Shown: positions 57,762 through 64,000 of the stretch, piece after piece
How the letters are laid out: each line of letters begins with the position of its first letter
Numbering within the stretch: the stretch's first letter is position 1
Source: Verrucomicrobiota bacterium
Lineage (GTDB): Bacteria > Verrucomicrobiota > Verrucomicrobiia > Limisphaerales > UBA9464
NCBI GenBank assembly: GCA_016871805.1
Contig: VHCG01000006.1
Span: forward strand, 32,982 to 96,981
Direction: 5' to 3'
DNA: 64,000 bases
Made by a program: the position numbers and the translations under genes
The notes under the pieces: model-generated
Seen by the model: the letters and a program-made list of their open reading frames with translations, nothing else
Told to the model about the DNA's origin: nothing
Database searches by the model: none

Positions 57762-58694
57762 ATGAGAACATTGATCACGGGCGGGGCGGGATTCATTGGA
57801 AGCCATCTGTGCACCGCCTGTGTGGAGCTGGGTGAGGTCCGGGTGCTGGACGATCTCAGCTCGGGCGACCGGAGCCTGTTGCCCGAGGCGGGGGTGGAGC
57901 TCATCCAGGCCTCGATTTTGGATCCGGATGCCGTGGCGCGTGCAATGGTGGGGGTGGACTGGGTCTTCCACCTTGCGGCGTTCATCAGCGTGCCGGCGTC
58001 GATGGAGGATCCCTTGGCCTGTGCCCAGGCCAACATCATCGGACTGCTGAATGTGCTCGAGGCGGCGGAGAAGGCCGGAGTGCAGCGCCTGGTGCTCGCG
58101 AGCTCGGCTGCCGTCTACGGCGAGAATCCCCAGAACCCCAAGCGCGAGTCCGTCGCCGCGGACCCGAGGAGTCCGTATGCCGAGACCAAGTGGGCGGGGG
58201 AATTCTACTGCGACCTGTATCACAAACGCGGACGCCTGAGCACGGTCTGCCCCCGGTTCTTCAACGTCTTCGGACCCCGACAGCGTCCCGACAGCCCCTA
58301 CGCGGCCGCCGTCCCGAGGTTCATCGAGCGGGCCCTGGCCGGACAGCCCCTGGTGATCCACGGCGACGGGGGACAGACCCGGGATTTCGTCGCGGTCGAG
58401 GATGTGGTTGGCGCCCTGGTCCACCTCGCCCGCAACCGCGACCTGCACGGTCCCTACAACGTGGCGTCCGGGACGACGCTCACGGTCAACGCCCTGGCGG
58501 ATGCCATCATCCGCATCTCGGGCTCCGGCAGCCAGCGGGTCCATGCCGAGCCGCGTGCCGGGGACGTCCGGCATTCGGCGGCCTCGATCGACCGCCTTCG
58601 GGCCACCGGATGGCAGCCGCGTCACGACCTTGATTCGGCCCTTGAGCGGTCGATCGACTGGTATCGTCGCCGGATGGCCCGGACGGCCATCTAG
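57762..58694 (+). CDS. NAD-dependent nucleotide-sugar epimerase/dehydratase (UDP-hexose 4-epimerase-like SDR)
   Basis: MRTLITGGAGFIGSHL, catalytic SPYAETK (YxxxK), ASSAAVYG. Confidence 0.9.
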   Translation: MRTLITGGAGFIGSHLCTACVELGEVRVLDDLSSGDRSLLPEAGVELIQASILDPDAVARAMVGVDWVFHLAAFISVPASMEDPLACAQANIIGLLNVLEAAEKAGVQRLVLASSAAVYGENPQNPKRESVAADPRSPYAETKWAGEFYCDLYHKRGRLSTVCPRFFNVFGPRQRPDSPYAAAVPRFIERALAGQPLVIHGDGGQTRDFVAVEDVVGALVHLARNRDLHGPYNVASGTTLTVNALADAIIRISGSGSQRVHAEPRAGDVRHSAASIDRLRATGWQPRHDLDSALERSIDWYRRRMARTAI

Positions 58695-60205
58695 TCCCGG
58701 CGTCCGCGGCTTCCGACGGGATCCTTGTGACGGGACGGGAGGGTGGCGACGGGCCTGGGTGCGCTGCAGAGACCGATCGCGGACAGGAGGAGGACCATCA
58801 CCACGAGGGAGGTGATCTGGAACGGGAGGTCGAACTTGGCGTGGACCAGGATCCCGATCAGGGACAGCGCCAGCAGCCCTGTGAATTCCCTGGGAGCCTG
58901 GATGCCGCGACCGCTCGACCAGTGGGCCGGCAGCATCGCGAGGAGGGCGATGACGAGTCCGACCCCGGCCCAGCCGATGTTGATCCGGGCCTCCAGCCAG
59001 TCGTCGTGGACGAACCCCTCCCAGTTGTCCTCCGGCTTGGTCCGGTAGAGTCCGTTGAGCCCGGTGTAGGATTCCGCCCCCAGCCCCCAGACCCCGGCCT
59101 CATCGGCCATGCGGTGGGCGACCTCATAGATGGCCAGCCGGTTGGACATCTTGTCCTCGAACACGGTCAGGAACCGTCGTTGAAGCTCCTCCCCTCCGAG
59201 GAACCAGCCGCCCCCCAGGGTGATGAGGAACAGGACCGCGGCGACGAGGCGTCCGGTCCGACCCGTCCGGCCCTTGGCGAGGGCGAGGATCAGGAGGGCA
59301 CCCCCGAGGAGGCCGAGCATGATCAGCACGCCACCCCGGCTGGTCGCGAGGATCGGACAGGAGGCCAACAGCACGGTGCAGGGCAGGAGGATCATGCTGG
59401 GATCGTTGCCGAACCCCTTCGGACGCTTCTCAAGGGCCGCCGAGCGTTCCCGGAGCGACCACCAGAATCCGAGGCATACCGGCCACACGAGGTTGAAGTA
59501 CTGCGCCCCGTTGGCCCGGTACGGGTACGATCCCCAGATCGCCTCCGACGAATTCATCAGCGGGAATTTCATGAGCCACAGGACCTTGTCGGACGATCCT
59601 TCGAGCCGGTGTGCAATCGCCACGAGGGCAAGGACGGCGCTGCTGATGCACAGGGTCCAGAGGAACTGCCGGACCCGGGCCGTGGGAAAGACTCCCTCCG
59701 AGGAATCGTGCCGTTCCCGACGTGTCTTGGTGACCACCCAGTCCCGGGTCGCCCAGAAGATCAGGGCCCAGCTCGTGTACCGCACGAGACCCCGGAGCGA
59801 CCGGGCCGCATCGTAGGAGGCGGGCAGCCAGGAGATGGGGGTCCGCTCCCGGTACTCCAGCGCGGGACCGACGTCCGAGAAGACGACGTCGGCCCGACCG
59901 TTGAGCCATCCGGTCAGGACCATCGCCAGCATCACGAGGGTCAGCGAGGCGAAGAGGCGGACGATCCAGCGTCCCGGTCCGTCGTGTTCCACCCAGCGAT
60001 CCGGGGTGTAGTCCTCCCTCCAGCGGGCGATCGCCTTCACGAGCAGCAGCGCCCCGAGGGTGTAGCCCACCACCGTGACGGTATGGACGGCCCAGGCGAC
60101 CGTGCAGCCGAAGGCCCACGGGGCGAAGACCACGAGGGCGAGGATCAGGAGACCCGACACGGTGTCGGCGATGCGGTAGGCGGCTGGGGTTCGGTGGGAC
60201 TCCAC
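58691..60205 (-). CDS. O-antigen ligase/polymerase-family integral membrane protein
   Basis: More than 10 predicted TM helices with a large loop (Wzy_C-like topology). Located in the glycan cluster. Confidence 0.8.
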   Translation of the reverse strand: MESHRTPAAYRIADTVSGLLILALVVFAPWAFGCTVAWAVHTVTVVGYTLGALLLVKAIARWREDYTPDRWVEHDGPGRWIVRLFASLTLVMLAMVLTGWLNGRADVVFSDVGPALEYRERTPISWLPASYDAARSLRGLVRYTSWALIFWATRDWVVTKTRRERHDSSEGVFPTARVRQFLWTLCISSAVLALVAIAHRLEGSSDKVLWLMKFPLMNSSEAIWGSYPYRANGAQYFNLVWPVCLGFWWSLRERSAALEKRPKGFGNDPSMILLPCTVLLASCPILATSRGGVLIMLGLLGGALLILALAKGRTGRTGRLVAAVLFLITLGGGWFLGGEELQRRFLTVFEDKMSNRLAIYEVAHRMADEAGVWGLGAESYTGLNGLYRTKPEDNWEGFVHDDWLEARINIGWAGVGLVIALLAMLPAHWSSGRGIQAPREFTGLLALSLIGILVHAKFDLPFQITSLVVMVLLLSAIGLCSAPRPVATLPSRHKDPVGSRGRRD

Positions 60206-60251
60206 GATGGGTCTGTGAGGGGTGCTGCTCTGGAAGGGGTTGGGACGGGGG

Positions 60252-61646
60252 TCAGGCCTCGAGGCGCTTCAGGAGCCGCTGGTGGATGTTGCCGAAGCCC
60301 CCGTTGCTGAAGATGCATACGACATCGCCGCTGCGGGTCTCCGTCACCAGGTGGTCGAGGATCGAGTCGACCGTCGGCAGATAGGCCGCGGGCTTGCCGG
60401 TGAGACGGAGGTCCTCCATGAGCTTCTCCGGGTTCAGCCGTTCAGCGGGCGACAGCTGCTCGAGCCGGGCCACCTCGGCCACGACCACGGCGTCGGCGCG
60501 TTCCAGGGCGTCGACCAGCTCGTGCTGGAAGAGGTTGCGTCGGGTGGTGTTCGACCGGGGCTCGAAGACCGCCCAGAGGCGTCGTCCGGGATACCGGATC
60601 CGGAGTGCCCGGAGGGTCTCCCGGATCGCCGTGGGGTGGTGTCCGAAATCGTCGACCACCGCGATGCCCTTGACCTCGCCCCGGGTCGTCATGCGCCGCT
60701 CCACGCCCCGGAACGTCGCGAACCCGGCCTGGATCTGTGCGTCGGTGAGTCCGCAGTGACGGGCACAGGCGGCGACGGCGAGGGCGTTGCGGACGTTCAG
60801 CTCCCCGACCATTGGGAGGTCGAACCGCGAGCCCGCGATCTGGAATTCCGAGGACTCGGCCTTGAGGTGGATGCCGGTGGCCCGGATATCGTTCGAGCCG
60901 GCGAGTCCGAACCGCTTCACCGGGCAGTGCGACACCCCGAGGAGCGGCGCGAGGTTCGGTTCGTCCCCGTTGGCCAGCAGCAGTCCGTTCCTCGGGATCA
61001 GATGGATCAGGCGCCGGAACGACAGCTGGATGTCCTGGAGCGACCCGAAGATGTCGGCATGGTCCATCTCCAGGTTGTTCACGATCGCCACCTCCGGCAG
61101 GTAGTGGATGAACTTGCTCCGCTTGTCGAAGAAGGCGGTGTCGTACTCGTCGCCCTCGAGGATGAACCACGGGGAGTCGGTGAAGCGGGCACCCTGGCCG
61201 AGGTTGGACGGGATGCCCCCGATGAGGAACGACGGGTTGAGTCCGGCGTGCTCGAAGACCCAGGCCAGCAGCGAGGTGGTGGTGGTCTTGCCGTGGGTGC
61301 CGGTCACCACGAGGGAATGCTTCCCCCGGATGAAGCATTCCTTCAGCAGCTCGGGCAGCGCGCAGTAGCGCAGGCGGTGTTCGAGGACGTACTCGGCCTC
61401 GGGATTTCCCCGGGAGATGGCATTGCCGATCACCACGAGGTCGGGCTTGTGGGACAGGTTGGACTCCGAGTAGCCGGCCTTCGGCACGATCCCGCGGGAG
61501 GCCAGGAAGGTGGACATCGGGGGGTAGATGACGTCCTGGTCGGACCCGGTGACGTCGAACCCGCGTTCGCGCAGGGCGACGGCGACGCTGGCCATGGCGG
61601 TGCCGCCGATGCCGATGAAGTGGACGCTCCTGAAATCCGTGAGCAC
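60252..61646 (-). CDS. mpl: UDP-N-acetylmuramate:L-alanyl-gamma-D-glutamyl-meso-diaminopimelate ligase
   Basis: Colinear with Mpl: YPPMSTFLASRGI, IGNAISRGNPE, VTGTHGKTTTTS, EGDEYDTAFFDKRSKFIHY, VNNLEMDHADIF, FSNGGFGNIHQRLL. GTG 61646 gives a homolog-like length; an alternative ATG lies at 61745. Confidence 0.88.
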   Translation of the reverse strand: MLTDFRSVHFIGIGGTAMASVAVALRERGFDVTGSDQDVIYPPMSTFLASRGIVPKAGYSESNLSHKPDLVVIGNAISRGNPEAEYVLEHRLRYCALPELLKECFIRGKHSLVVTGTHGKTTTTSLLAWVFEHAGLNPSFLIGGIPSNLGQGARFTDSPWFILEGDEYDTAFFDKRSKFIHYLPEVAIVNNLEMDHADIFGSLQDIQLSFRRLIHLIPRNGLLLANGDEPNLAPLLGVSHCPVKRFGLAGSNDIRATGIHLKAESSEFQIAGSRFDLPMVGELNVRNALAVAACARHCGLTDAQIQAGFATFRGVERRMTTRGEVKGIAVVDDFGHHPTAIRETLRALRIRYPGRRLWAVFEPRSNTTRRNLFQHELVDALERADAVVVAEVARLEQLSPAERLNPEKLMEDLRLTGKPAAYLPTVDSILDHLVTETRSGDVVCIFSNGGFGNIHQRLLKRLEA

Positions 61647-61794
61647 GGACCAAGCTTTGTCGGGCCGGGCAAAGATCAAAGCCAAAACACCGCGATGGCT
61701 CCGCGCATTGACACCGGTCGCCGTCGCCGGGGAGGGTGGGCCCATGGAATCCGGGGTGTCGCCGACAGGGGATTCACGTCTGCTGGGAGGGTCG

Positions 61795-64000
61795 ATGAAC
61801 GACCTCGCCGTCTTGGCCGTGGAGGTCACGGATGCCGAGGCGGCGGTGGTTGTCCTGGCCGAGGGCGACCAGTGGCTCGTGGAGGGTCAGTACGGGTTGA
61901 GGGAGGGGGTGGTCGATCCCCTCCTGCAGATCTGCCGGGGCCTGTCCCCCTCCGACGCCTGGCGGGAGCTCAGGGATCCCCCGGGTCTCGCGGCACTCGG
62001 CATCCGCTGGGTGGGGGTCCAGCCCCTCCTCTCCGCCCTGTCCAACGTGCTCAGCGCCATCGTGGTCGTGGACGGCTCCGGTCGACGTCTCGTCGCCCGT
62101 CAACGGGCGGCCCTGCAGACGGTGGGACACCAGGTCGTGACACGGCTCGACCTCCGGCACCAGTCCTCCGCCGCGGCCACCTCGGAGGCGGCCCACCGGC
62201 AGGTCGAGCAGGAGCTGCGGCGCAGCGAGGCCTTCTACCAGACGCTGGTGGAGAGCCTTCCCCAGAACATCCTGCGCAAGGACCTCAGCGGCCGCTTCAC
62301 GTTCGTGAACCGCCGGTTCGCCGCCACCCTCGGGCGGCCGGTCGAGGAGATTCTCGGTCGCACCGACTTCGACCTCTTCCCGCGTGAGCTCGCCGCGAAG
62401 TACCAGGAGGACGACCGCCGGGTCCTCGAGCGGGGCGGGGCATTCGAGACCACCGAGGCGTATGTGACGCCCGACGGCGAGCGGCACTGGGTGCATGTCA
62501 TCAAGACCCCGGTGCTCGATGCCGCCGGCGAGCCGGTCGGCCTGCAGGGCATCTTCTGGGATGTGACCTCCGAGAAGCGCACGGCGGAGAAGCTTGTCGA
62601 GGCGGAGTCGAACTACCGGAGCATCGTCGAGAACGCGATCGACGGCATCTTCCAGACCACGCCCGACGGCCACTACCTGAGCGCCAACCAGGCGCTGGCA
62701 CGCATCTACGGATTCGACACCCCGATGGAGTTGATCGATTCCCGGACGGACATCGAGAACCAGCTCTACGTGCTCCCGGAGCGTCGACACGAGTTCGTGG
62801 AGCTCCTGCAGAGGTCGGACCGCGTGGACAAGTTCGAGAGCCAGGTGTTCCGCAAGGACCGGTCGGTGATCTGGATCTCCGAGAACGCGCGGGCGGTGCG
62901 GGACTCCCACGGGAGGCTGCTCTACTACGAGGGCACCGTGGAGGATGTCACGGCCCGCAAGCTGGCGGAGGAACGGTTGAGCCAGGCGAACCAGGACCTC
63001 GCCGCCGCGCGGGACGCCGCCGAGCAGAACGCCCTCGCCAAGTCGCGGTTCCTCGCCAACACCAGCCATGAGATCCGCACCCCGATGAACGGCGTGCTGG
63101 GGATGATCCGGGCGCTCCTCGAGACCCCGCTCACCCCGGAGCAGCGGGACTATGCCGAGACGGTCCAGCACAGCGCCCAGGCGCTGCTGACGATCATCGA
63201 CGACATCCTCGACTTCTCGAAGATCGAGGCCGGAAAGGTCGTGCTCGACACGGTCGAGTTCGGACTCCGCGACACGATCGAGGATGTCAGCGAACTCCTG
63301 GCCGAGCGCGCCTTCAGCAAGGGGCTGGAGTTCACGGCCTTCGTCGACCCGAGAATTCCCGCGCGATGTCTCGGGGATTCGGGACGGTTCCGCCAGGTGC
63401 TCACCAACCTGCTCGGCAACGCCATCAAGTTCACCCTCAAGGGTGAGGTCCTGCTCCGGGTCTCCCTGGTCGACTCCACCCCCGGGGAGCTGGTCGTCCA
63501 GACCGAGATCCAGGACACCGGCATCGGGATCCCCGAGTCCGCCCAGCGGACGGTGTTTGGCGCCTTTGAGCAGGCCGATATGTCCACCACCCGTCGCTTT
63601 GGCGGCACCGGTCTCGGGCTGTCGATCAGCAAGCAGCTGGTCGAGCGGATGGGCGGGCGGATCGGGTTCAGCAGCACCGAGGGCAAGGGATCCATATTCT
63701 GGTTCACGGTCCGGCTTGGACGTGTCCAGGGCGAGGGGGTCGACATGTCCCCGGCACGCCTGCCCGAGCTCGAGGGGAAGCCCGCCCCGCGCGTGCTGGT
63801 GGTGGACGAGCACGCGGCCACCCGACATGGCCTCGTGGAAGGGCTGACACAGCTCGGGTTCCGTGCCGACGAGACCGACCTCGCCCAGGAGGCCCTCCAG
63901 AGGCTGGTCGCGGCCCAGGGGTCCGATGATCCCTACCTGGCCGTCATCGGGGACTACCAGCTGCCGGATCTCGACGGGCTTTCCTTCGCCCACGAGGCGC
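61795..64000 (+). CDS. Hybrid sensor histidine kinase (GAF-like N-terminus, 2x PAS, HisKA, HATPase_c, receiver); 3' end outside window
   Basis: Not in the ORF track because it has no stop in the window. My own translation from ATG 61795 gives MNDLAVLAVEV..., PAS (FYQTLVESLPQNILRKD; YRSIVENAIDGIFQ), H-box FLANTSHEIRTPMNG, N/G boxes LTNLLGNAIKFT, DTGIGIP, GGTGLGLSI, then the receiver start RVLVVDEH. Confidence 0.88.
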   Translation, partial: MNDLAVLAVEVTDAEAAVVVLAEGDQWLVEGQYGLREGVVDPLLQICRGLSPSDAWRELRDPPGLAALGIRWVGVQPLLSALSNVLSAIVVVDGSGRRLVARQRAALQTVGHQVVTRLDLRHQSSAAATSEAAHRQVEQELRRSEAFYQTLVESLPQNILRKDLSGRFTFVNRRFAATLGRPVEEILGRTDFDLFPRELAAKYQEDDRRVLERGGAFETTEAYVTPDGERHWVHVIKTPVLDAAGEPVGLQGIFWDVTSEKRTAEKLVEAESNYRSIVENAIDGIFQTTPDGHYLSANQALARIYGFDTPMELIDSRTDIENQLYVLPERRHEFVELLQRSDRVDKFESQVFRKDRSVIWISENARAVRDSHGRLLYYEGTVEDVTARKLAEERLSQANQDLAAARDAAEQNALAKSRFLANTSHEIRTPMNGVLGMIRALLETPLTPEQRDYAETVQHSAQALLTIIDDILDFSKIEAGKVVLDTVEFGLRDTIEDVSELLAERAFSKGLEFTAFVDPRIPARCLGDSGRFRQVLTNLLGNAIKFTLKGEVLLRVSLVDSTPGELVVQTEIQDTGIGIPESAQRTVFGAFEQADMSTTRRFGGTGLGLSISKQLVERMGGRIGFSSTEGKGSIFWFTVRLGRVQGEGVDMSPARLPELEGKPAPRVLVVDEHAATRHGLVEGLTQLGFRADETDLAQEALQRLVAAQGSDDPYLAVIGDYQLPDLDGLSFAHEA

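Noticed and set aside
61774-63993. 739-aa minus-strand ORF and 721-aa plus-strand ORF (60222..62387) at the right end
   Set aside because: Both are alternative-frame or antisense shadows of mpl and of the hybrid histidine kinase. The kinase is absent from the track only because it has no stop inside the window.

Overview
Visibly GC-rich bacterial chromosome segment. The gene content looks like a Verrucomicrobiota/PVC-group genome (inference only): a PVC-type heme-binding CxxCH/HEAT giant protein plus many secreted FG-GAP/ASPIC, PA14 and PQQ-propeller proteins. I call about 52 protein-coding genes and 2 tRNAs (Ser-GGA, Gln-UUG). Most are core housekeeping genes in tightly packed, often 4-nt-overlapping operons: glnK-amtB, scpAB, gloA-folP-cdaA-cdaR, rarA-MTHFS-rny, nadC-birA-coaX, shc and mpl. 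There is one envelope-glycan cluster at about 52.1-60.2 kb with a kinase, three methyltransferases, two GT4 enzymes, an epimerase and an O-antigen-ligase-like protein. I found no CRISPR array, integrase, transposase, prophage, toxin-antitoxin pair or recognisable defence system, so I cannot honestly point to a clear new multi-gene system. The unexplained structure is mostly non-coding. (1) A family of GC-rich double-hairpin REP-like units, twice arranged as inverted pairs (REPIN-like), with compensatory stem changes between copies. (2) A 210-bp MITE-like element with 32-bp terminal inverted repeats. (3) A 30-bp inverted repeat bracketing about 220 bp between two convergent genes, whose right arm supplies the C-terminus of a kinase-like gene. 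The protein-level oddities worth follow-up are a Cys-less AsnB homolog divergent from a coupled pair of small membrane proteins, a doubled CRTAC1/ASPIC protein followed after 18 nt by a secreted eukaryotic-type PPP phosphatase, a bacterial myo-inositol oxygenase locus, and an orphan LivH permease. Many very long ORFs in the track are antisense or alternative-frame GC artefacts and were rejected. Start codons are chosen by homolog N-termini and signal peptides, so several are uncertain.
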